A stretch of DNA of 64,000 bases from Camelus dromedarius. Its lineage: Eukaryota. A program made the translations under genes and the position numbers. The notes under the pieces were generated by a model. That model worked only from the letters and a program-made list of their open reading frames with translations, made no database searches and was not told where the DNA came from. The stretch spans positions 18,850,001-18,914,000 of the forward strand of contig NC_087436.1 in NCBI RefSeq assembly GCF_036321535.1, read 5' to 3'. Positions 52,392-64,000 of the stretch are shown piece after piece; within the stretch, counting starts at the first letter, position 1; every line of letters begins with the position of its first letter.

Positions 52392-52520
52392 TTATTATTG
52401 TTACCCACAATTTTATAGATGAAAAAAACTACAGTAAAGTTGCCCAAGATGACATAGTAAATGGCGGAGTCAGTGAACGCAGGTCACCTGACTGTAAAGC
52501 TGGTCTCTTAACAACACAAC
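52392..52520 (-). mobile_element. MIR SINE fragment
   Basis: TTTTATAGATGAAAAAAACT...TTGCCCAAGATGACATAGTAAATGGCGGAG. Confidence 0.65.
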
Positions 52521-55404
52521 GCAAAGTTATAAGATCAGCATGTGGACCAGTAATCTGCCCATGGGCCATGCCTTAAAACATTCACAGCCCAGACAGGCAG
52601 AACAGCTTAGTTTCGATCAGCTGAGATACTTGGAAGATACTCTATACTCTTAGTGAATTTTACTCGTATATAATTTCTTTACAACAAACCAGAAATCTAT
52701 GCATATTTTGATAACATATGGTCAAATGTCATTTACCCTCTCTCCTGGGTACTTTGGGACACCAGGAATTGATTTAGAGAATGAATTTCTTTGTTATTGA
52801 AACCTTATTCTAGTTCCTATCTTCTCAACTGACTGAATTTAAAAAATAAAAAAATCACCATCAGTATTTTTTTTCCTAGAAACTAACTGCACTTCTGGAA
52901 AGTGGCTTCATTGTCTTCTCCTCCCTGCTTGCCTTTTTCCTCGTGGACTCCACACCCAAACTCCCATCCCCATCCAACCAGTCCTGTGTGAATAAGCAAG
53001 AGGGAACAGTAGTCACGGCAGGAACAGGCAGCCTTCCAGGGTGGATGGAGGATGGAGGAGGAGCCTGAGGAGGTGCCTTGCTCCCTCTGTTCTGGGGTAG
53101 CATCAGAGACAGGGACTCGTCTATCCCCTGGGGTCTGGAGGCTGTCAGCAAGCCCGGATCGCTCTTTCCGAGTCACAGGCCAGGGAGCCCCGAGATTCCC
53201 GCTGACCAAGCTGCGTGCCTGCCCAGAGCGACCAGGAGAGGCCGAGTCCTGGGGCCCGGGGACCACCGCTCGCAGAGTCCCTCAGAGAAGCAAAGGGATG
53301 TGGGGGTTGGGAAGGGAGAGGACTAGATTTATGGGGCTCAGTGCGTGGCATTTCCCATGATGGATGAGACAAAGACATACCAGTAATGCAGCTTCTCCTT
53401 TCTGATGTCATAAATCTTGACCAATTCGCAATAGAGCAGAGCAGAGCCCTGTGTCTGGGTGCTAACTAAAACCTGCAGCTCCTGGCCTCAAGCGTGACAT
53501 CAAGCTGCTCCATGTGAGCGACAGTAAGCAGTGACTATGGTTATTTCATTGATCCTGCGAAAACTTATTTGATGCTTACTGTGGGGTATATCCTGGTCCA
53601 GATACTGGGGATTCGATAATGTTCAGGAACTGTTCTAAATGCTGGGGGCATAATGCTGCTTAGGAACTGCTCCAGATACAGGGATGTAAATATCTCATTG
53701 ACCTGACAGTTTACAAAACTTGTTCTTTTTCATCTTAGGGGTGTGGTACATAGAATAGGTACCCTTGGTTCTGTTCATTGAAATAAATCCAAAAGTGCCA
53801 AGGCAGAGAGGAGTCGCAAAGGGTCAGAGGTCAAGTGTTCAACCCGGTGGATCATATCACCTTGCTGTTTCCGGTTTACAAGCTGTGCTGGAATGGACTT
53901 TCCTTACACCTCACTACTCTCTCAACCTCCAGTGACTTCTCAGTCAGTGTTTTAGCTGAGCCTCTCTTTTCAGCTGCTTGGAGTTATTTCCAGAACTTGA
54001 TCGATGCTCCAGTTGCTGGGAGCCGGCTCTGAAAAGTGGAGAGGTCTGTGATCCAGTGAAGGATTGTTTTTAGAACGCGCTAGGGAAGGAGAGAGTCGGG
54101 GTAGATAGATAAAGATGAGCGCAGTAGCTGCAGAAAGTAGCAGGAGACACTGATGATGAGGCCAGGGCTCTTTGCTGTAGTCAGGTGGCTGCACAGTACT
54201 CTGTTCCAGGGAACATGGACAGAAACAGGATTCCAGAATCTGTTGGAGGAGACATGTGAATGACTTGGGCTGGGCAGGTCCGGTTTCCACACAGACAGCT
54301 TCTTTTTGCTGTTTGCCTGTTAAAATATAAACATTCTGTCCCTTCAAAAACATCACACTGACAGGCATTTCTGCTGAGGAGTCGTTTCTAAGGTAGATCA
54401 TTGTAGCCCAGGAGATACCTCTGGCCGCCCAGAGCTCCTGGCCCTTTCCCTACCAGGAAGGGGTGGCGACTGCTTCCTGGACATCTTGCCCTTTCAAGAG
54501 CAAACCCTTTGGACAAGCTGGAATCGCTACTTCTCCCAGCGCAGTTGTGCAGCTTGGGGGCACTTGGACCGTGCATCAAGCACATTTTGTGGTGTGGCGG
54601 GGTCATAGGAAATTGCCTTGGCTGAAATCATGAAAATGAGAACTGTGGATGTTTCCTTGTTTTTACCAAGGGCAATGTCAGGACTAGGTTCTTCCAGACC
54701 AAGAGGCTATTTCTGGTAGTCTGAAGGTGGGGTCAGGGATGATGAGGATGGTGTCAATACAGCAAAGGAGAGAGAGCTCCTGAAATGGCAGGCCTCCCCC
54801 CTCCCTGCCCATGATGTGCTGCTCCAGCCTACGTTCTTCTGTCTGAATGGCCAAGTTCTAGAGAATCCAGGGCCACAAAGATCATGTCCAAGTCCTGGGC
54901 CTGTGGCCTGGCTGGGCCTTCTGTCAGATGCCAAAAGCAGTTCTGCTTTGAATCTATGGATCACAGTAAACTCTCAGGCTAGTGAGCTCCTTGCCTATTT
55001 TGGTCTTAGTGTTTACTCTGCAGTTGTTATTTCAGAGATGTTGGCTCGATAAACACACTAGGATGACACAAAGCTGGGGCCCATTTTTCTTGATAAGTGA
55101 CAGAACCACGGGAGGATATTTAAATGTTGTTGTTACTCTCTCCTCTGAATGGTGGGAGGTGCCTCATCCTGGTTCCTGCATGGCCCAGCTGATGAGGTCT
55201 AATGGGGGCTGAAGAGCTGCTCCATCATGTTGAGCAGATGACCTCCGCTAGCTGGTGATGCACGATGGTATGTGAGCAGATGAAATAAGCATTCATGACT
55301 CAGCATTAAGGTGGAACTTACCAAGCTAGTGGGATAGGGGAGTGTGACTTAAAAAAAAAATCAGATTTATATAGTTTGGTCTGGGAAAAATTAGGAAAGA
55401 AGTG

Positions 55405-55956
55405 TTTTGTTTTTTTATTAATAGACTTTAAGTTTTAGAGCAGTTTTGGATTTACAGAAAAATCAGGCAGGAGGTACAGAGAGTTTCTTATACTCTGTCT
55501 TCCCTTGCACATAATTTCTCCTACATCTTGCATTAGTGAGGTACATTTGTATTAACTGATAAACCAATATTGATACCTTATTATTAGCTAAAGGTCATAG
55601 TTTGCATTAGGGTTCACTGTGTCTGTGTGTTATATGAGTTTCAGATGTACAGCATTGTAATTCGACATCTGTATACACTATAGAGTGATCACCACCACAT
55701 GTCTAGCTACCATCCATCACCAGAAAGTTGACCGCTTTCATCCTTTTCAATCATCCCTGTACCCCCTTCCCCTCTGGTAACCATTAATCTGTTCTCTGTA
55801 TCTATGAGGCTTTTGTTTGTTTGTTCATTTGTTTCCTTTTTTTAGATTCTACGTGTAAGTGAAATCTTACAGTATTTGTCTTTCTCCTTCTGACTCATTT
55901 CACTTAGCATAATACCTTCAAGATCCTTCCATGTTGTTGCAAATGGCAGGATTTCA
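55405..55956 (-). mobile_element. Two adjacent L1 3' ends (older L1M-type to ~55620, L1MA-type ~55630-55956)
   Basis: TTTTAGAGCAGTTTTGGATTTACAGAAAAAT...; then CCCTCTGGTAACCATTAATCTGTTCTCTGTATCTATGAG...TTTCACTTAGCATAATACCTTCAAGATCC. Confidence 0.85.
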
Positions 55957-56689
55957 TGGAAATAGGTGACATTTATCTTTTCTCTTCCTGTGTCTTTCAC
56001 TTGCTTTGCCTACATAAAGTTCAAGGGTGTATGCGCATGTCTCTGTGTGAATGCATGCATAAGTCTGTGTGTGGGGCTGCCAGTGGGTCCAGTCCTAGTC
56101 TTCCAAAGATGAGAATCAGCTGTTACCTTTCATGTATCATTGGTTAAGCATTCTAAAGTCACAGACAGTGTCGTTTTGTATAAGAAATGTGTGTCTATGT
56201 TTTCACTCACTTAGGTTATGTCTTTTTAAGACTTCAACTCTGGTATGCCGTGGTTTTCATTTAGTTAGTCTTCATTCAGAATTTCTGTCCTAAATGGCAG
56301 TCAACAGCACTTCTAACCCTTTCGCAAAAGAAAACATGCAAGTAGTGCCTCAGGGAAAATATTGACTGGGGTACAAGGTCAAAGGGAAATAACTGTTTAT
56401 AATTGAGCCCTCAAGAAGATCTTTTGACAGACCAGAGATGACCATTACATAACTCACAGCCATGGAGGACAAAGGAAAGACAGTCACAAAAATGTTGTGC
56501 TTTCTTAACCTGTAAGAGAAGATTAAATTCAGACAAATTATGATTAATTTTAAAATGTCAATAAAACTCACAAGCAAATTACAGCAATATTTCAAAAACT
56601 GCCTTATAATTACCTGTATGTAAGTGTCTACCTCCCTGCCTATCTATCTGTTTCTCTGTGATGAGTATGATGTAAATTAGCACTCCTCA

Positions 56690-56900
56690 AAGGGTATTCC
56701 ATCTGCAAGGTGCTCAAGGTAAAATAGTTCCACAGTGAATAAGTTTGGGAATCACTATCCACTTTCTACATACCTCTCATTGAGAGCATCAAAGGACTTT
56801 CTTAGAGAATCTGAGAAGTTCTGTGGTGGCAAACCTATTAACCTTCAGTCTAACATTTCCCAGACTTAATTGAATCCAGCCCCTTCTTCTTCAACAATAC
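56690..56900. mobile_element. hAT-Charlie relic (MER103-like)
   Basis: AATAAGTTTGGGAA...CTGAGAAGTTCTG...CATTTCCCAGACTTAATTGA. Confidence 0.45.
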
Positions 56901-57299
56901 CTGCTTTGTTTACTTCTTTTTGATAAATGCAAGAAAATTGGCAAATCTGCTTTAATGGGGAGCTAAATTTTACTAAAATTTGACATTTATAAAAAGAAAT
57001 TTTAAGCATCAGTTTTTAAAAGAAGTCTTAACAGATCAATAATTATGAAAAGAAAATTTTCACTTATCAAAAAATTTCTTATGGGTTCCTCGGTTATATA
57101 TTTTTGTGATTAATTTATAGGCATCTTTAAAGAACTCGTATGTCTTATACTATGTATATTAAAACAATAAGTCATTTTGGAGCATATAAAATGATAGACA
57201 ATATCCTTGCTATGAATACCTGGAAAAGATTTTCTTCCTCTACCCCTCCCTTCTCAGCCAACGAAAATCTCAGACGATTGTCAGAAATGTATATATGAA

Positions 57300-58340
57300 A
57301 AATCTTAAATTAAATAATAGTAAATCATATTCCTTTGTATATTTGGGGAAAAATCAACATAATCAACTCATATTAGCCAGGAATGTAAGGGTGGTTTATT
57401 TATTAGGATATCTATTAATGTAATTAATTTAGTTATTTCAAAAGCTTAATAATGATAAACCATATGATTATTGAGAAAGATTTTGAAAGCCTGGGATAAA
57501 ACGAGCCTCTGTATAAAACTGTCTGTGATCTTGGACTTGAAGAAAAATTCCTTAATGAGATAATTAGTCCCCACCTCAGAGCAATTGCCATACTCACCGC
57601 TTTTAACATCAAAATGGAATAAGGATATCGTTACCACTAACATTTACATTTTAAACCAACTCAAGATACAAAGCAGAAATAGGAGGTCTATCAATAAACA
57701 TGATAATAAAAACACAAAATTCTTGTTATTTTCAGATAGTATAAATTAATCTAGAAAACCAAAGGAAATCATCTAAAAAAGAATTCCAGTAGTTCAAATA
57801 ACTGGCTGGTATAGAAAAAATGTAGGAAAAAAATAGAATTTTTTCTAAATACCTAAATATTCTATTAGCTGAGACTAAAGATCTCACTAACGATATTAAC
57901 AACAGCAATAAAATAAGATAAATTTCATCTAAAGAGAATTTTAAACATCTCCTGAGTAGTTTTCCCTTCTGTAAATAGTGACTCAAACAAATGAAGATGA
58001 GATCTGTTCTTAAAGAATAGATTTATTCAAATAAACGTATCAGTTCTTCCTTAGTAATTTTGGGTGTTAATGAATTCTAATAAAACACTCAGTGCTGTTT
58101 TAATTTGAAAAAATTCTAATATTAATTCTGAAAACTTAACAGATGAGGAAGAGCTAAACTATTTTGAAGAAGAAAAATAATGGCTAACAATAACTTACCA
58201 GAATAGATAAGCAGATGAATGGAAAAATATGTCCAATTTAAAAAATTGTATATTGCAAGACAGTAGTGTTGTTACAGGAAATTATTAGGGTTTAATACAG
58301 GAAATTATTAGATCAAATAAATGAAACTATTTAAAATAGG
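57300..58340 (+). mobile_element. Very decayed L1 ORF2 fragments
   Basis: CCAGGAATGTAAGGGTGGTTTA, TTATTTTCAGATAGTAT...CTAGAAAACCAAAGGAAATC, AGAGCTAAACTATTTTGAAGAAGAAAAATAA. Confidence 0.65.
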
Positions 58341-61300
58341 TTTTCAAAAACTGTATATAACATTATATAACCTTCATTTTGTTCACATACATTGTCAGTC
58401 TCCAAGACCAGAGTTTAATATGCCACATTCTCACACTCATTTCAACATGAAACTTTTTTTTTAAACCAGAGCACTGTTGGGACCATTATTTCTTGAAACA
58501 TCCTTTGCAAAAGGCTGGCAGAAACATTCTAGAAACAGAAAATATTTGCTAAATAAGAAAGCCTTCCTTCCTCCCTGCACATTCTATAAATGTATCTCCT
58601 GACTTGGTGCTTCCTGCTAACCTCTATATGTGTTCCTCTTAGTCTAAACCAGCAACCTTCCCTGGATCTTACAATTTTTGCTATTATCAGAATGTCCAGC
58701 TTCCTCTTTATGCTACTGTTTGGTCCCACTGGGGGAGTCTATGGCGGCATTTACTACTTAGGTCTTGTTTTTGATTATTAGCTGTACTCGTATATGTAAA
58801 TAGCATTAGAATGTTATTGCACAAGAGATATTCTTAACCCACACACATACATTTACATATACGTATATACAGATTTACACACATACATATAACATATGAA
58901 ATTCACAAGCTGGGTCTAAGAAAAAGGTTAATTCATTTTAAATAGGCATAGTTTATTAGGAAAGTCCTGAGAACAGCTGATAAGGCTGTGAATTTGGGGA
59001 TCCTCTAGCTGTGAGTCCAGGACTAAATACTCCTGGAGATTATAAAATTAATATGAAGGTTTGGCCAGAACTATTAGTTTACTAATTTGTTGTTGTTGTT
59101 TATTTTAATTTAGATTGTAAAATAATACCAAAGACTGATGAAGTCAATTTTCTCATTTAGTGGTGCAATGGTGGCTCTGCTTAGTGTAAATAAAAAGATC
59201 CTCCTTGACCCAATTTCCCATCCACCTTCACCTTATCCTCATATATGTAGCTTTTTAACAACTGGTAAATGCCATTTCCTCCTCTGATATAGCATCTGGG
59301 TTCACTGTTGAAATTTAATCCCTTCCTGACTGTTTTCCTCTCTCCTGTTCCCTCCTTTCATCTCAACCCTATGACCAATCTTAACTGGTTGGCTACTTTC
59401 TTACATGCACTATTTCTTTGTCCTAAGCAGGACAAAGTAAGAGGAGCCCAGCAGTCCCTTGCCCTTTGTCCCTTCCGGGGCTGCCTCAGAGTCACACGTC
59501 TTTGGTTTAACATATCTCTGAGCTGAATGCAGCTGGAAGGTACAGTGATCAGAGAAAGTTTCTTGCATACCTATGGATTTAAAAGCCACACCATACAGTG
59601 GGGCTTACTGCCTATATGGCAGTCAGACTGCCATGTCCAGTAAGTGTCAAGGAACTGACAAAACGGCTCTCATTAGCATAACCCTAACCTTTGCACATTT
59701 GTGCAGAGCCTTACTCTGTCTCTAAAAGATGGACTTCAGCCAGCAGTTCAACCAACTGGACATATGTCTTATGCAAATTAAAAAAATTAGCTCCAGCTTC
59801 TCAATAGATACTTCCTCTGAAAACTTTAAGCAACTTAAAGTAATATGGAGAGGAAAAATCTAATTCATCACACCAAACACCAAGCACTGATTTAATCAAG
59901 AATTTGATTGTAGAGGAGAGACATTTTTTCCCCAGGGGAAATTTATTCATCTGAGTTTAAGGAATAAAGTTTCAGAAGTAGGAGGCTATATAATAGATAC
60001 TATTTTGGTAACAATACTATGGTTCATCTGCTTTATACTAATATTACAAAATACTTTCCCAATTTAAAAATAACATGTACTTTAAATTATTCCTTTTCAT
60101 AGACTAGCACAGGCTACATAAGCCTCTTATAAGAAAAACTATGTGCATAATTTAATTCCATGATACTTTAGAATGCAAAAATGGACATTTTGCATTGTAA
60201 ATGAATGGCAGAATTTGAGAGTAATTTGCTGAAAACAAATACATGTTCAAGGATTAGATCGGTAGAAGTATTAAAGCACTCTAACTGAAAAATACACATT
60301 TTTAGGAGTTATCCAAAGGAAAAGCTTCAGTGGGATCAAAAACTGTATGGCAAAAATTTTGCATTTCTCCTGATGTGCTAAAAAATAAGACTGCTTATAA
60401 GATCTGCTGTTTATTCCTGATCCCCACATGACATGAGATTGTGGCCTCAAAATATGCTTGCAGAAGGAAGAATACTGACAAAAGAACTGTGGCATTATTA
60501 AATCATAAAGCACACTCAGGGAGGGGCACACATTCACTGTCATTTTGTAATGCAAGCAGAAAAGAAAAAAAAAATTCCTGAATCCCATATATTAATAGGA
60601 AAAAAAAAGTATTTTGTTTCAAGACAAGAAGAAAAACATAGGTAAGAAAGGAAAAAGGATCATGAGAATCTCTAACAACATTGGCAATTGAGCAGCATGC
60701 ATTGCTGGCATCTTTTACACAATCACATTGCACTGTTTAAAGGTGAACTCGTTGTTAGTAACATTAACAAATTATATAACACCTACAAGCATTGTAGCCT
60801 TTATTGAAATCTGTATTGTACATTACATTGCAAAATCTGGTGAATTGTCATTTTTTAAAAATAATGGACTTCTGAAAAATAAACATAAGTAAAATGTACT
60901 GCTAAAATTACTGCAGTTTTAGCATTCTCAGAAGAAAGAAAAGCCTGTAAAATGTACATAGGTTAATATTAGAGAAAAATAATGAATTTCTTTGTTTACA
61001 TCTGGGAAGAGAAATTACCCTGTCCCTTCCAGAAGGAAAATGACATTCTAGTTTGGCCACTGTTGAATTCCAAAATAGCTTATTTTAAATTGAACTTCGT
61101 GCAGGAATAAGGTGAAATGTGCTAGTTTTGATAAATGACTACACATGTATTTTCCAGAAGGAAAAAAAGCTACCTTCAATGGAAAAAATTAAATTCAGTA
61201 ATAGCTGACTCATTTTTTTTTTCAGCTACACAAAATTAAATAATCAGATCAACAGTTTCACTTTTTAACTGATTATTATTTAAACACATTCATGCTATTG

Positions 61301-62224
61301 AAATGAAAAAAGTAAAATATAGAAGTTGGTTGCTAAATAGCGAATGTTTTTAAATGACAAGAATAAGTTTCCACAAATGTGAAACATTAATAAGGGGTTT
61401 AACTTGAAATCTACTAAAACAAAACTATATAGAGAAAATTTGAAAACCAAATGACGATACACACACACACATCAAATTTCTAAACAAAGTCTGACAATGA
61501 ACACAATGAAAAGAATGAGTTCTTATTTAAAGTTAACATTATGTAAATTGATTTTCTGATCTCATTAAAAATGATCAAAATGCCATCTGTATTCTTATTC
61601 TACATCAGCACCTAATAATGGGCATTAAAAATTAAGAGAACTGAAAAAATGAAATTTGTCAGGCAGTAACTGTAGTCCAAAGAGCTGGTTCTATCATCAC
61701 GACTGAAGCCAGACTTGCCTTAAAACCATAATGATTATGAAGAATTGTTAGAATTTTGCATGATTTGTTATTAATTATGAAGCAATTGCTATAGACCTGC
61801 AATCCTCAAAACCTCTTCAAACTGTAGTTTTTTTCAAAATGACAAAGACGCTGTGGGGGACGGCTCCATCTGCTCAAGGGAGATGGCTAATCAGATAAAA
61901 TGAATCTTCCCTCAAAGTTGAAAGACTATTTTTGAAATTGTAAAGGCTTGTTTTGTGTTTTATGAGATACCAATAAACTCCCTAAAGTTTGTTCATCTCA
62001 GATAATTTAGTAACATAACAATGATAATTAATTATCATTAGTATCCTAGCAATGATAATAACTAGACAATTATAATGATTAAGATTAAAAAATGATAACT
62101 CACACGTGTTTAGACAACTTGAAGCCCTTCATTGTCTATGTTAAAAGCACTACAGAGCCCTTCTCTCCCTTCCCTGGAAAATTCAGTCCTAAGTCCATCA
62201 GTTTGAACAAAGCAGGCATCCTAG

Positions 62225-62981
62225 GCATGTGCAGTGAGGGGCAGCAGGGGTCGAGAGTGCAAGCAGGGTGAAGGTGGTCCACACCAGGGCACTGGTGTCA
62301 GAGCCCTGGCAGGGCAAGAAGGATATTCCTGCAAAGGGGAGGGGAGCCTTGGGTGGGGAGTCAGAAACCAATCAGAGTAAGGAGGGCATCTATAGAGAGG
62401 GAATGAGAAGCTGGCAAAGGGTGTCAGAACTTGATCACGGTAAGGGGTGAGTCCGTGAAGAGGAGGGGGGTCCCAGAGTGGGGGGTTGGAACCCAAGTGG
62501 GAAAAGAAGAGCATCTCCAAGGAGTGCTCGCCTGGCAGGGGTGGTGGAGTACAAGCAGGGAGAGGAGAATGTTCTTGCTGGGAGTGACCTCGGGTGGGGT
62601 TTTAGGGACCAAGTAGAGGGGAGAAGGGGGACATAGTGAGGGGTATCAGAGCTCAAGTAAGATGAGGAGGGTTTCCTTGCAAAGGGGAGATATGAGGTGT
62701 CAGAAGCCAGGAAAGGTGAGAGGCTGTCCACGTGAAAATGCAGCTTGGAATGTGGAATCAGAGCTGTGGCCGAGAGAAGAGACAGCCACACAGGGAAGAC
62801 TGTCAGTGGGACTGACCAATTAAGTATATATACATAAACAATTGGAGACAGTTTTCTCACTTTTGAAGAAGGGAGTTAGAAATACAAAAAGGGAGGAAAC
62901 TAGAATAAACCTTGTTTATTCATTCGTTCATATGTTGGACTGGACTTGCTGCAAGTATCTGTGTGAACTCAGGGTCTGCGA

Positions 62982-63037
<56 letters not shown>

Positions 63038-63160
63038 TAGGTTTAAAAGTATAATTGAATGGATATGGAAGTGATTTGTATATATATCTACCTACATGTA
63101 TTTCCTGGCTCTTTCCAACAGAAGAGGCTTGGAATAGTGACACTCTTAACCTTAAAGGCA
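62225..63160 (+). mobile_element. L1MC3/4-like 3' UTR including its G-rich segment
   Basis: TTTTCTCACTTTTGAAGAAGGGAGTTAGAAATAC...CTAGAATAAACCTTG and TTTCCTGGCTCTTTCCAAC...AATAGTGACAC resemble recalled L1MC consensus. Confidence 0.6.
62980..63040. repeat. Compound tetranucleotide microsatellite (GATA)5(GACA)9 GATAG
   Basis: Read directly. Confidence 0.97.
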
Positions 63161-63299
63161 AGACATTCCAAATGTCTGCTCTCTAGAGCATTCATATGAT
63201 TAGCCAGATTCATGCCACTAGAAATGTGTGGCTGGAATCTCAACTAAACATTCAACATCACCCAGAGATTCTTCTCTGTGTACTATGTATCTCTGTGTC

Positions 63300-63900
63300 A
63301 TTTTCCAGTGTGGCTGTTTGAGATTCCTTACCTTTCTCAAACTCTTTACCTAATTCCTCTCCTGTCACTCTTAGTAGCAAATCTTGCCAGAAGATCTCAG
63401 AGAAAACAGAAGCAAGAGAATTTCCCGAATTCCTGCCACCAAATTTAAATTTTGACCTTCAGCCACATCTATCATTTCGTCTTTCCTCCTGTTCCCGTGG
63501 AAGACGTGTCTCCTCCAAGGCTGCTTCCTCAGTCTGCACTCTGGATCATATCCCATCTTATGTCCTCAGGGAGCACTTTATTGATTGTCCCTTCCCTTTG
63601 TATCTTCAGTCTTCTATATGGACTTGTTAACATGCTCAGTTTTCTCCCTTCCCTTCCTTCCTTGAACTATGACACCATTGCTCTGACCACCTTCAACTTG
63701 TATATGGGCCACTGTAATCCATGTTTGCCTGAAATCTGTGTTTTACTCTGTAGTCAGTGTTAATGTTCTGACACGGAAATCTATTTTCATGGCTCCCCTG
63801 CTTAAAAACTCCCAAAGACTCCCATTGTCCTCAGGATAAAATTCAAAACATTTAAAATGGCTGATGAGACCCTTTACAACTCTGTTGTTTACTTCCTTGA
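63300..63900 (+). mobile_element. L2 fragment
   Basis: CTCCCCTGCTTAAAAACTCCCAAAGACTCCCATTGTCCTCAGGATAAAATTCAAAAC is a sense L2 3' region motif. Confidence 0.7.
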
Positions 63901-64000
63901 AAACCCGAGCACCATCCACATCCTCTACCCCCATCCTACCTCCATTCCCACTCTCCCCACAACACCCACCCACACCCACCAATATACATGGTTACATACT

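Noticed and set aside
52876..53411. Stacked ORFs in several frames as a coding exon
   Set aside because: Expected from locally high GC (few stop codons); translations show no known domain.
1..64000. Short ORFs in the six-frame track as host genes
   Set aside because: All are 143 aa or less, many start at non-ATG codons, they overlap repeats or have low-complexity composition, and none forms a consistent exon chain. Those with homology are L1 or hAT relics.

Overview
AT-rich, CpG-depleted mammalian nuclear DNA that looks intergenic or intronic. A tRNA-derived SINE resembling the camelid Vic-1 type, with no Alu, BovB/Bov-tA or PRE-type SINEs seen, suggests a camelid (inference). I find no intact protein-coding gene, RNA gene or CRISPR array. 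The ORF track is mostly noise or decayed transposon sequence. Much of the window is repeat-derived: several L1 copies (some deleted or scrambled), L2, MIR, MaLR and ERV1-type solo LTRs, and Tigger and hAT DNA-transposon relics. Most worth a second look: (i) a ~0.9 kb scrambled L1 mosaic inserted in an L2 between ~15-bp target-site duplications (35272-36207); (ii) a second sense/antisense L1 mosaic (14240-17125); (iii) a readable hAT transposase dimerisation-domain relic (24474-24671); (iv) two different solo LTRs 120 bp apart; (v) repeat-poor segments with candidate enhancer or poly(A)-site motifs. I cannot support a new biological system from this sequence. Repeat family names are from recall of consensus sequences and need RepeatMasker/Dfam confirmation; many boundaries are approximate.
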